64,000 nt of DNA from an uncultured Lentisphaeraceae bacterium (GTDB taxonomy: Bacteria > Verrucomicrobiota > Kiritimatiellia > RFP12 > UBA1067). The notes beneath the pieces are model-generated. The model made no database searches. It was not told the origin of the DNA and saw nothing but the letters and a program-made list of their open reading frames with translations. Positions within the stretch are counted from its first letter, which is position 1; every line of letters begins with the position of its first letter. The stretch spans positions 20,754 to 84,753 of the forward strand of contig CAYLUN010000010.1 in NCBI GenBank assembly GCA_964386865.1, given 5' to 3'. The translations under genes and the position numbers were made by a program. This document shows positions 8,827 to 17,736 of this stretch, in pieces.

Positions 8827-9588
8827 TTATCTGCGTCCGCCGCGGCTGGTACGCTCCATCTCGGACTGACACTTGACGCAGTTCTTGGCGAAGGGCAGGA
8901 CGGAGAGGCGCGGCTTGTTGATCAGCTCGCCGCACATGTCGCAGACGCCGTAGGAGCCCTTTTCGATGGACCGCAGAGACTCGTCGATATTGGTGATGAT
9001 CTGCTGCTGGCTGCTGACCTGCTCGAGCGTCTGGAGGCGCATGAAGGCGTCGGTGCCGTCCTCCTCGGGGTTGATCTCGTCGGTGCGCTGGAGCGCGTCG
9101 TTGCGCATGGAGCCGGACTGGCCTGTGATGCGGTCTCGCATGGCTAGGAGTTCGTGGCGGAACTGCTCCAGGTCGTTGCCGTTGAAGCGGGGCTTCTTGG
9201 GCACGGCGGGTGCCGCCGGCTTGGCCGGCGCCTTGGGCGCCAACTTTGGCGCCGGCTTGGCCGGCGCCTTGGGAGGGGGGAGGGATGCGGTCTTCACGGG
9301 TTTCTTGTTCAAATCCTTGGCGGGCACAGCAGGGGGCGGCGCGCCTTTCTTGGCGGGTTTCGGTTGGGGAGCCGGCTTCCTCACGTCCTTCGCCTTTGCG
9401 ACGGGCGCGGACTTGCCGGGTACCGGTTTCTTAGCAGATTGTGCGGGCACGGGCTTCTTCGGCGACGGCTTCGCGGCGCCAGCGGACGCGCGAGGCGGCG
9501 GCTGAGCTGCCTTTGCGGCCGACCCTTTCGGCGCGCTCTTCTGTACGCCCTTTACGAGGGCCGCTTTGCTCTTCTTCGTTGTCGCCAT
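8827..9588 (-). CDS. DksA/TraR-family C4 zinc-finger protein with Lys/Pro/Ala-rich histone-H1-like N-terminal tail
   Basis: C-terminus 'CDMCGELINKPRLSVLPFAKNCVKCQ' is a CxxC...CxxC DksA/TraR finger preceded by a coiled-coil-like region. N-terminal ~150 aa are KPAPK/AKKPVP low-complexity repeats. Start taken at MATTKKSK (ATG 9588); the upstream in-frame extension looks non-coding. Confidence 0.7.
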   Translation of the reverse strand: MATTKKSKAALVKGVQKSAPKGSAAKAAQPPPRASAGAAKPSPKKPVPAQSAKKPVPGKSAPVAKAKDVRKPAPQPKPAKKGAPPPAVPAKDLNKKPVKTASLPPPKAPAKPAPKLAPKAPAKPAAPAVPKKPRFNGNDLEQFRHELLAMRDRITGQSGSMRNDALQRTDEINPEEDGTDAFMRLQTLEQVSSQQQIITNIDESLRSIEKGSYGVCDMCGELINKPRLSVLPFAKNCVKCQSEMERTSRGGRR

Positions 9589-9733
9589 GGTTGCTACACC
9601 TTTCTTCGAAACGAGTCCAGTGCCTTGATTCGGGCGATAGTGTACACGATTGGGCAGCAAAAACAAGCCCTGAAAACGGGCGCCTAAGCCGGGAAACGGG
9701 CCGCGCGCCACGCGGTTCCGGGCCGGGGTTCGA

Positions 9734-11923
9734 TTAAGCGGAGGCCGGGCCCTCCGTCGGCTGGGTGTTAATCCACGTTTTGATCGCCTCGCTCAACGGC
9801 AGGACGGCTTCGATCAGGGCATCCTCCTCGCCGTCCATGCCCGGAATTTTGACGGCCGCTCCGGCCGCCCGGCCTTCGAGGCACTGGGCCATGCGGGTCT
9901 TGTTGGAGATGACGCCCATCTGCTCGTCGCTGTCCCACTCGCCGAGGATCGTGTAGGTTCGGCTGGTGCCGTCGGCCACGCGGATCGTGACGGTGGTGCC
10001 GGGGGCGACTTTGTCGCACGGCACGCCGGCGAAGTCGGAGCCTTTGACGTGCTTGAGTTCGTTCTGCATCTCCGATTGCCGCTGCAGGAGTTGGCGCTGG
10101 TAGTCCTTGGCCGCCTGATATTCGAAGTTCTCTCGCAGGTCGCCGTAGCTGCGCGCCACAGCGATGTCGTGGCTGTTCTTAGGGAGATCCACCTCGATCA
10201 GCCGCTTGTACTGGAGCTGCCGCGCGGCCAGCGAGTGCCACGAGGTGAGGCGGGATGAGCTCTGGGTCTGCTGGGACACGGCCCGCTTGCGCTCCGCCAG
10301 CGGCGGGTCGAGCTTGAGCATGCGCCCGATGAGCGAGCGGTGCGTGGTGGGATCCCACGCGGAGGAGGCCTGGATGCGCTCGAACAAGAGCTGCCGCTGG
10401 GTCGCGTCGAGCTCCTCGAAGACCGCCTCGAGCCACTTGGCCTGCTCGAAGAGCTGCTTCAGGCTGTTCTGCATGCGGAGCGCCTCGCCGGACAGCTTGG
10501 CCTCGACGATCACGATGGCGTGGTTCAGCAGGTCGATCAGCGGCGGCAGCTGCCACGACACGTCCTTGCGGAACCGGAAGATCCAGTTGACCAGCGTGGG
10601 CGGCGACTTGGGCTGGGTGAGCAGCCGGCGGCACGCGTCGGCCGCGTCGGCCGACTCCTTGAGCGCGGTGAGCACCTCGTTCATCAGGTTGAAGGGCATC
10701 TGCGGCAGCGCGTCAAGCAGGCGGGCCGACGCGTGGCCGCCCTCGGCCAGCAGGAACGTCGTCATCGCGGCGACGTCGCGCACGGCCAGCATCTCGGCGG
10801 CCTTGATGAAGCGCTGCTGCTCCCAGAGATGGGCGCGGAGCTGGTCGGACGGCGGCATGAGGAAGCCGAGGCGGCTGACCGTGACCGCAAGCCGGGCGTA
10901 AAGCGCGGCGTCCGTGTTGTGCGCGCCCTTGAGCGCGAAAGCGAGCCTGTCCTCCAGGACGCCGCGCTGGGTCGGGTCGAGACCCGCGAGCTTGTCGGTC
11001 TCCTCGATCTCCGCGACCGACTCGAGGATCTTGAGCGGGTCCTTGTTTGCCGCGAGCCGCTCGAACCAGTCGTCGCCGTACGCCTCGGCCTGCGCGCGCA
11101 GCTGGAGCGACTCCGTGCGCTTGGACGGGACGGTCACCAGCGGGTCGCCCTTGAGCGCTTTGCGGGCCGACTCCCAGAAGCCCTTCCAGCCGGCGGCGGA
11201 GACGAGCCCGTTCTTGACGAGCACGTCCTCGAGCTTGGTGATCGGCATGTCTCCGAAGCTGCGCAGCGCGAGGCGCACCAGCTCGCCGGGCTTCTCCTGC
11301 GCGAGGCGCCTGACGCCGTCGGGGTCGCTGTGGCGCATCGTCAGCAGATGGTCGTGCGGCGCGCGGGCGAGGGTGTCGCAGGCGGCGGCGAAGGTCATGG
11401 TGTGCCCGGACTTGCCCGCGAAGTCGATGGTGATCCGCTTGTAGAAGTCGTCCAGCCGCTTGACCGTGCCGAGCCCCCAGGCGGGGTCGATCACGAGCGT
11501 TCCGGGCGTGAGCGCGAGCAGCAGGTCGAGGCGGCGGAACGACTCGGCGAGCGGCACGTCGCCAAAGGACGCGGCGTCGATGAGCGTGGTCACGAGCCGG
11601 TCTTTGCAGGCCTTCTTGAGGGCGTCGCGGATGCCGGTCGACTTGAGGGAGACGGAGAGATGGGGGGTGCGGTCCTTGATCACGAGGTAGAGCCCGGCGA
11701 AATCGGCCGCCTCGGTCAGCTCCTGCATGAGCATGGCCGCCCACTCGTCGGCCTTCTTGCCGGACTCCAGCACCGCGACGGTGTGGATGAGGGTGAGCAT
11801 CTCGGAGGCGGACAGCGGCCGCTTCTCCAGCAGGCTCAGGAACTGCGCTTCGGTCTCGGCGTAAGTCGGTGCGACATCCATGTGGGGCGTCCTTGGGGTT
11901 CGGCGTGAAAAAAGGGCCAACAC
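9734..11923 (-). CDS. greA: GreA/GreB-family transcript cleavage factor with long N-terminal extension (Chlamydia-type long GreA)
   Basis: C-terminal 'GDLRENFEYQAAKDYQ' matches the GreA 'GDLSENAEY' motif. It is followed by an FKBP-like C-domain ('TTVTIRVADGTSRTYTILG'). ~715-729 aa; start is ATG 11923 or, more likely, 11881 (MDVAPTY). Confidence 0.75.
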   Translation of the reverse strand: MLALFSRRTPRTPHMDVAPTYAETEAQFLSLLEKRPLSASEMLTLIHTVAVLESGKKADEWAAMLMQELTEAADFAGLYLVIKDRTPHLSVSLKSTGIRDALKKACKDRLVTTLIDAASFGDVPLAESFRRLDLLLALTPGTLVIDPAWGLGTVKRLDDFYKRITIDFAGKSGHTMTFAAACDTLARAPHDHLLTMRHSDPDGVRRLAQEKPGELVRLALRSFGDMPITKLEDVLVKNGLVSAAGWKGFWESARKALKGDPLVTVPSKRTESLQLRAQAEAYGDDWFERLAANKDPLKILESVAEIEETDKLAGLDPTQRGVLEDRLAFALKGAHNTDAALYARLAVTVSRLGFLMPPSDQLRAHLWEQQRFIKAAEMLAVRDVAAMTTFLLAEGGHASARLLDALPQMPFNLMNEVLTALKESADAADACRRLLTQPKSPPTLVNWIFRFRKDVSWQLPPLIDLLNHAIVIVEAKLSGEALRMQNSLKQLFEQAKWLEAVFEELDATQRQLLFERIQASSAWDPTTHRSLIGRMLKLDPPLAERKRAVSQQTQSSSRLTSWHSLAARQLQYKRLIEVDLPKNSHDIAVARSYGDLRENFEYQAAKDYQRQLLQRQSEMQNELKHVKGSDFAGVPCDKVAPGTTVTIRVADGTSRTYTILGEWDSDEQMGVISNKTRMAQCLEGRAAGAAVKIPGMDGEEDALIEAVLPLSEAIKTWINTQPTEGPASA

Positions 11924-12052
11924 CTTACCAAAACCGCAGGCCGTTGGGAAGCACCGCGTTGGCGGCCCGTTTCGTGCGCCCGATTCGGGCCTGCTTTGCC
12001 GCGCGAGGATTCTCGGCCGGCAGGGGAGGGGCCGCTCTGCCTCCGCCCCGCT

Positions 12053-14953
12053 TCACCGCGCAGCGGACGACAGGGCCTCAATGAGGCGGGGGATGAGGTC
12101 GAAGCGGTCGAGGCGCACGCCGACCGCGCCGCCGCCTGGATGGGGCTCCACGTAACGGTGCGCGGGCGCGAGCCCGAACCGCGCGTAGAAGGCGCGGTCG
12201 AGGAAGGCCTTCACCTGCTCCGGGCTCGCCCGCCGCGCGTCCACGTGGAGCTGGAAGAAGTCGCCTTGGCCTGCCGCGTTCACGCGCACAGCCACGGCGT
12301 CCGGGCCGAAGGCGCGCTTGAGCATCGCTTCGGCGAAGTCCAGCAGGGCCAGCCCGCGGAAGAAGCCGCCGCCGCGAATTTCGTGCAGCGGCTTCAGCGG
12401 CGCGGCCGCCAGCGACGCGTCGTCCAGGTCGCGGTTGTAGTCGAACGGCACGGCCCGCGCGCGCCGCAGCCACGCCTCCAGCCGCTCCGGCCCGGAGAGG
12501 CCGCGCTCCCAGTCGGCCTCGCGCAGGAGCGCGTCGGCGTCCGGAAGGTTGTCGGGGTCGATCTCGAAGCAGCAGTCGCCGCGCTGCGAGCGGGTGATGT
12601 GCTCGATCCAGCGGTCGGGCTCGTGGATCAGGCGGAAGCAGCGCGCCACCTCGACGAACAGGTAGGCGACCATGGCCCGCAGCGGGACGCCCTGCTCGAC
12701 AGCGGACGAGCCGTCGGGGAGCCCGCGCCGCAGCGTGGGCTCGCGCCAGCCGGCGAGGAGCGCGTCGACGGCCGCGTCCGCCTGCTCATCCGCGCTGCCG
12801 AGCGCGTCGAGGACGCGGGCGCGAAGCGCGTCGCGCGAGATCAGGAGCGGCAGGCGGCGCAGCGTGTCGGCGACGCGGGCCAGCGCGGCCGGGCCGAGGC
12901 GCCCGTCGCGGAGCAGGTCCTCCTCCACGGTCATGAAAAAGTCCTGGCCGGAGGGGAGCTGGCACAGCAGGGCGGCTAGCTCCGCCGCCTTGCCGGTCAT
13001 CTTGCGGATCTCGGGCGGGGTCGGCGTAGCGGAGTCCGGAGCCGCGGCGTACAGGCCGGCCGACCACCTCCACGCCTCGCGGTCCCGGTCCACCGTGTAG
13101 GGGAAGAGGAAGTGGATGCGCTCCGTCGGAACAGGGAACACGCCGAGGGTGCGGTAGTTGTCGCGCGGGTTGGACGAGATCAGCGCGCCCTGCCCGTGCT
13201 TGCCCTTCTGCTCGGTGGCTTGGTCGAGCGAGCCCGCCCGCACGCCGGTGCCGTACTCCGCCTGGCAGGCCAGGTGCACCAGGGTGTCCTCGGTGATGCC
13301 GAAGCCGTACAAGACGTTGAGCGCGTTCTTGACGGCCACGGTGAGCGCGGAGGAGCTGGAGAAGCCGCCCTGCGGGATGGAGCCGGTGGAGAGGATCCGC
13401 AGGCCCCGGAAGCCGTTCCGGCCCAGGCACTGCTGGATGAGCTCCCCGGCTGGCCCGCCGCGCAAGGTGCGGAGCGAGGCGATGGCGTTGCAGATCAGGG
13501 AGAACGGCCGCCGCATGCTGTTGCTGACCCACAGCGCGTGCGGGGGCAGGGGGAGGCTCGCGTCCTTGCGGGCGCGGATTTCGCTGTCCGAAAAGTAGCC
13601 GAGGGAGAGCAGGAGCTGCTCGGCCATGCGCGTGCCGAACGCCTCGTACTTGGTGACGCTGTCAACCTCGTCGGGCGGATACATGGCGGGGTTGTCGGCG
13701 GGAACCGAGTTGACCTTTTCGCGGAACGCCGGCTGCGTCGGCAGGTGGTGGATCTTGCCGTCTTCGGTTTGCTGCGCGAGCAGGACGATCTGCTCGCGTC
13801 CGGACGCGTCCGCGGCGCCGGTCGGCATCTGCCAGGCCGGCCCGAAGAAGCGCCCCATGTCGGGGTGCATGAAGGCGATGCGGAAGCGCCCCCCGGAGAC
13901 GCCGATGGCGACGGGGCGCTCGGGGCTGAGCCCGGCCTCCTCCCGCTCCGCCGCGAGCAGCAGCTCGCGCAGCTGCTCGACGATCGAGGCCGTCTGGCCC
14001 GGCGTGCGGTCCGCCGTGAGCACTTCGGCCGCCGCTCGAACCGAGCTGGCGCCGTCTGACGCGTCCGCGCCTGACAGCGCCAGGATGGACTCGAGCCGGG
14101 CCAAGTCCGGAGGCCGCGTCACATCGGCGCAGAGCAGGAGGTATTCGGGATCCGTGGCGCGGGTGGAGAGCGTCCGGATGTCGCCGCCCTCCCGCCGGAT
14201 GGCCTCGACCAGGTCCGTGAAGTAGTATTGCCCCTGCGCGTTGTCGTTGCGGAGTCCGCCGAGGTGGCGGTGCAGGGTGCGGGCGCGCACGGCGTAGAGC
14301 GGGCAGTTGGCCTCCGTCAGCCCGTCGAGCCGCTGCCGCTCCACGGGGTCGCCGAGGGCGTCGATGTCGTTCTGCTCGAGGATGCGCGTGATCAGGCCTC
14401 CGGCGTCGCGGAGGATCCGGCCTTTGCCGTGCTGAGCGGAACGCGCGTAGAAAGCGGAGAGCAGGGTTAGGTCCGCCTCGCGTCCGCCCGCCTCGTGGGT
14501 TTCGAGGAGTCTGCGAAATATGGATTCGGGGACGATGCGGTCGCCCATGGAGATGATCAGCAGCGGGTTGCTCTCCACGAGCCCGGGGACGCAGAGCGAC
14601 TCATACGCGGCCCAGGCTGTGCCGCCGGTCGGGTTGGCGCTCTTCACGTAGATGTTGTCGTCGCCCAGCCGCGCCACGACCTCCTCGCAGGCGTAACCCA
14701 CCAGCGTGACGCACGGAGCCGGCTGCGCGCGGCGGAACGCGTCGATCGAGTGCCGCGCCAGCGGGACGCCCCGCACGGGCTGGACGCATTTTGGGGAGGT
14801 GCCGAAGCGCGTGCCCTTCCCCGCCGCCAGCAGCACCAGGACGTGCGAGGCGGCGCGGACGCCGCCGAACAGGTCCGCAGCGCCGGGGTTCACGACCGCG
14901 CCTGAGGTCAGCGTCACGCGCTCCGACAGGGTTCGGGGTTCAGGAAGGTTCAT
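12053..14953 (-). CDS. bifunctional sugar-1-phosphate nucleotidyltransferase / GHMP sugar kinase (Fkp-like, L-fucokinase/GDP-fucose pyrophosphorylase type)
   Basis: 966 aa. N-terminal NDP-sugar pyrophosphorylase signature 'LLAAGKGTRFG'. Central/C-terminal GHMP kinase motif 'GSIPQGGFSSSSALTVA'. Size and domain order match Fkp. Confidence 0.55.
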   Translation of the reverse strand: MNLPEPRTLSERVTLTSGAVVNPGAADLFGGVRAASHVLVLLAAGKGTRFGTSPKCVQPVRGVPLARHSIDAFRRAQPAPCVTLVGYACEEVVARLGDDNIYVKSANPTGGTAWAAYESLCVPGLVESNPLLIISMGDRIVPESIFRRLLETHEAGGREADLTLLSAFYARSAQHGKGRILRDAGGLITRILEQNDIDALGDPVERQRLDGLTEANCPLYAVRARTLHRHLGGLRNDNAQGQYYFTDLVEAIRREGGDIRTLSTRATDPEYLLLCADVTRPPDLARLESILALSGADASDGASSVRAAAEVLTADRTPGQTASIVEQLRELLLAAEREEAGLSPERPVAIGVSGGRFRIAFMHPDMGRFFGPAWQMPTGAADASGREQIVLLAQQTEDGKIHHLPTQPAFREKVNSVPADNPAMYPPDEVDSVTKYEAFGTRMAEQLLLSLGYFSDSEIRARKDASLPLPPHALWVSNSMRRPFSLICNAIASLRTLRGGPAGELIQQCLGRNGFRGLRILSTGSIPQGGFSSSSALTVAVKNALNVLYGFGITEDTLVHLACQAEYGTGVRAGSLDQATEQKGKHGQGALISSNPRDNYRTLGVFPVPTERIHFLFPYTVDRDREAWRWSAGLYAAAPDSATPTPPEIRKMTGKAAELAALLCQLPSGQDFFMTVEEDLLRDGRLGPAALARVADTLRRLPLLISRDALRARVLDALGSADEQADAAVDALLAGWREPTLRRGLPDGSSAVEQGVPLRAMVAYLFVEVARCFRLIHEPDRWIEHITRSQRGDCCFEIDPDNLPDADALLREADWERGLSGPERLEAWLRRARAVPFDYNRDLDDASLAAAPLKPLHEIRGGGFFRGLALLDFAEAMLKRAFGPDAVAVRVNAAGQGDFFQLHVDARRASPEQVKAFLDRAFYARFGLAPAHRYVEPHPGGGAVGVRLDRFDLIPRLIEALSSAAR

Positions 14954-15091
14954 GGTGCATAAGGTGCCAAACTAGGTCGGATAAGGCAAGAGGGAAGAGG
15001 GGGCGCAAGCTCGAATTGCCCGGGCTTGCGAAGCGGGGGTGGAACTGCCATAATACAACCTTCTTTTTCTTTTCCCAAGAAGGTGGACTCC

Positions 15092-16216
15092 GTGATAGAG
15101 ATTGATGAGGTCAGCAAGCGTCTGGGCAAGCTGCGCGAGGGGCTCGGCGAAATGCGCGGGTATCTCGACATCGGGAACCGGCGCACCATCCTGGCTCAGC
15201 TCGAGGAGCAAGCCGCGAAGCCCGAGTTCTGGGGCGACCAGAACGCGGCCAAGGAGGTCATCGCCAAGACCAACGGTCAGCGCGCCTTCGTGCGGCCGTT
15301 CGACGAGTTGGTGCGGCTGCTGGACGACGGCGCGCTGATGCTGGAGCTGGTCGAGGCCGAGGAGGAGGGCGCCCCGCGGCAGCAGGCGCTCGGCGAGATC
15401 GTCCACATGTGCGACAAGGCCGACGTGCTGATCTCCAAGCTGCGCCTGCAGTCGCTTCTGGGCGGCAAGCTGGACGCCTGCAACGCCTTCTTGACGGTGC
15501 ACTCCGGCGCGGGCGGCACGGAGTCCTGCGACTGGGCCGACATGCTCTTCCGCATGTACCGCATGTACTGCGAGGACAACGGCTTCGAAGTGGAGGTGCT
15601 CGACTCCCAGCCGGGCGAAGAGGCGGGGCTCAAGTCCATCACGTTCTTGGTTTCGGGGCCGTACGCCTACGGGTATCTCAAGGCCGAACGCGGCGTGCAC
15701 CGGCTGGTGCGCATCAGCCCGTTCGACGCCAACAAGCGGCGCCACACCTCGTTCAGCTCGCTCGACGTGGTTGCGGAGCTGTCGGACGAGATCGAGGTCG
15801 AGATCAAGGACGAGGACCTGCGCGTGGACACCTACCGCTCCGGCGGCTCGGGCGGCCAGCACGTGAACAAGACCGACTCGGCCATCCGCCTCACGCATCT
15901 GCCCACGGGCCTCGTGGTGGCGGTGCAGTCCGAGCGCTCGCAGCACAAGAACCGCGCCAAGGCCATGAGCATGCTGAAGGCCAAGATCTACGAGCTGTAC
16001 GAGGACCGCCAGCGCAAGGAGATGGAGCGCTTTTACGGCGAGAAGGGCGAGATCGCGTGGGGCAGCCAGATCCGCTCATACGTGTTTCAGCCGTATACGA
16101 TGGTGAAGGATTTGCGCACGGAGGAGCAGACCTCCAACGTGCAGGCGGTGATGGACGGCCACATCCAGCCGTTCATCGAGGCGTATTTGAAGCAGAATGC
16201 GGTGAAAACGACGTAG
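15092..16216 (+). CDS. prfB: peptide chain release factor 2 (no programmed frameshift)
   Basis: GGQ motif 'SGGSGGQHVNKTDSA', 'SPFD' motif, RF2 overall similarity. RBS AAGAAGGTGGA lies upstream of GTG 15092. Reading frame is continuous through 'MRGYLDIGN', where E. coli has the +1 frameshift site. Confidence 0.9.
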   Translation: MIEIDEVSKRLGKLREGLGEMRGYLDIGNRRTILAQLEEQAAKPEFWGDQNAAKEVIAKTNGQRAFVRPFDELVRLLDDGALMLELVEAEEEGAPRQQALGEIVHMCDKADVLISKLRLQSLLGGKLDACNAFLTVHSGAGGTESCDWADMLFRMYRMYCEDNGFEVEVLDSQPGEEAGLKSITFLVSGPYAYGYLKAERGVHRLVRISPFDANKRRHTSFSSLDVVAELSDEIEVEIKDEDLRVDTYRSGGSGGQHVNKTDSAIRLTHLPTGLVVAVQSERSQHKNRAKAMSMLKAKIYELYEDRQRKEMERFYGEKGEIAWGSQIRSYVFQPYTMVKDLRTEEQTSNVQAVMDGHIQPFIEAYLKQNAVKTT

Positions 16217-16278
16217 GCGAACCTGCGCGTTCGCCCTGCAGGGGCCGGCCGCGCGCCTGCACTCTCCTGGAGACAACG

Positions 16279-17619
16279 ATGACATTCGAACAGGCCAAGC
16301 AGATTCTAGAGCAAAGCGGGCAGGGGCACATCCTGAGGTTTTGGGCGCGGCTGAGCGACGCGGAGCGCGCGGGCCTGCTGGCGCAGGTTGCGGAGCTGGA
16401 CTTCGCGAGCGTCGCGCGCATGCAGGGCCTGCTGGCGGCGAAGGCCTCGGCGGCCGCGGTGTCCGAGCCGGCCGCGCCCGAGGTGGTCGAGCTGTCGGGC
16501 GAGGCGCGCGCCGCGGCGGCCGCCGCCGGCGAGGAGGAGCTTCGCGCGGGCAAAGTGGCGGCGCTGCTGGTGGCGGGCGGGCAAGGCTCGCGGCTCGGCT
16601 ACGACGGCCCCAAGGGCGCCTACGCGATCGGCCCGGTCACGAACCGCCCGCTGTTTTACTTTCACGCCCGCAAGATCGTCGGCCTCTGCCGCCGCTACGG
16701 CGTGCGCATCCCGTTCTACGTGATGACGAGCGACGCGAACGACGCGGCCACGCGGCAGCACTTCGAAGAGCATGGCTACTTCGGCCTCGACCGCCGCGAC
16801 GTGACCTTCTTCGTGCAGGGCATGTGGCCCGCTCTGGACGCGCAGGGCAAGATCATCCTCGATCAGCCCGGCCATATCTTCATGAGCCCGGACGGCCACG
16901 GCGGCACGCTGACCGCGCTCGAGAAGAACGGCTGCTTGGCCGACATGGAGCGCCGCGGCATCAGCACGGTCTACTATTTCCAGGTGGACAACCCGCTGGT
17001 CGAGATCGCCGACCCGGCCTTCATCGGCCTGCACGTGGCGCGCGGCGCGGACGTCTCGCTCAAGCTCTGCGCCAAGCGCGAGCCGAAAGAGGGGCTCGGC
17101 GTGGTCGTCGTGCGCGACGGTCGCTCCGAGATGGTCGAGTACACCGAGCTGACCGACGAGCAGGCCAACCGCCGCACGCCGGAGGGCGAGTTGTACTTCA
17201 AGTACGGCAGCGTCGCGCTCCACGTCTTCTCGTTCGCCTTCCTCAAGGCCGAGGCCGGCCGCCCCCTGCCGCTGCACGTCGCGCACAAGAAGATCCCGGT
17301 GTGCGCGGACGACGGCACGGTGGCCAAGCCCGAGAAGAACAACGGCTACAAATTCGAGAAGTTCATCTTCGATGTGCTGCCGGACGCGAAGACGGTGGTC
17401 AATCTGGCGTTCGACCGCGCGGAGGAGTTCTCGCCCGTGAAGAACGCGACGGGCAACGATTCGCCCGCCACCTGCCGGCGCGACATGCAGGCCAAGTGGC
17501 TGCGCTGGTTCGGCGTGGCGGGCGTGCCGGTGCCGGCGATGCCGGTCGAGATCGACCCCGCCTACGCGCTGGACGCGGCGGAGCTGAAGGCCAAGGGCGT
17601 GCTGCTGGAGGCCCGGTGA
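16279..17619 (+). CDS. UDP-sugar / UDP-N-acetylhexosamine pyrophosphorylase (UAP1/USP eukaryotic-type family)
   Basis: 446 aa. 'LLVAGGQGSRLG' pyrophosphorylase signature and 'FQVDNPLV' motif typical of the UDPGP family. Confidence 0.75.
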   Translation: MTFEQAKQILEQSGQGHILRFWARLSDAERAGLLAQVAELDFASVARMQGLLAAKASAAAVSEPAAPEVVELSGEARAAAAAAGEEELRAGKVAALLVAGGQGSRLGYDGPKGAYAIGPVTNRPLFYFHARKIVGLCRRYGVRIPFYVMTSDANDAATRQHFEEHGYFGLDRRDVTFFVQGMWPALDAQGKIILDQPGHIFMSPDGHGGTLTALEKNGCLADMERRGISTVYYFQVDNPLVEIADPAFIGLHVARGADVSLKLCAKREPKEGLGVVVVRDGRSEMVEYTELTDEQANRRTPEGELYFKYGSVALHVFSFAFLKAEAGRPLPLHVAHKKIPVCADDGTVAKPEKNNGYKFEKFIFDVLPDAKTVVNLAFDRAEEFSPVKNATGNDSPATCRRDMQAKWLRWFGVAGVPVPAMPVEIDPAYALDAAELKAKGVLLEAR

Positions 17620-17695
17620 GCCGGAGGCCGGAGATCAGAGGTCAGAGGTCAGAGATCAGAGGTCAGAGATCAGAGGTCAGAGGTCAGAGCCTCGC
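17620..17695. repeat. heptanucleotide tandem repeat array (GRTCAGA)n, ~9 units
   Basis: GATCAGA GGTCAGA GGTCAGA GATCAGA ... sits immediately 3' of the UAP gene stop. Same heptamer family as 6401-6540 but on the opposite strand. Confidence 0.9.
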
Positions 17696-17736
17696 CAACC
17701 AACCAAACAACGCATTCAACTTCTTAAGGAGACAAC

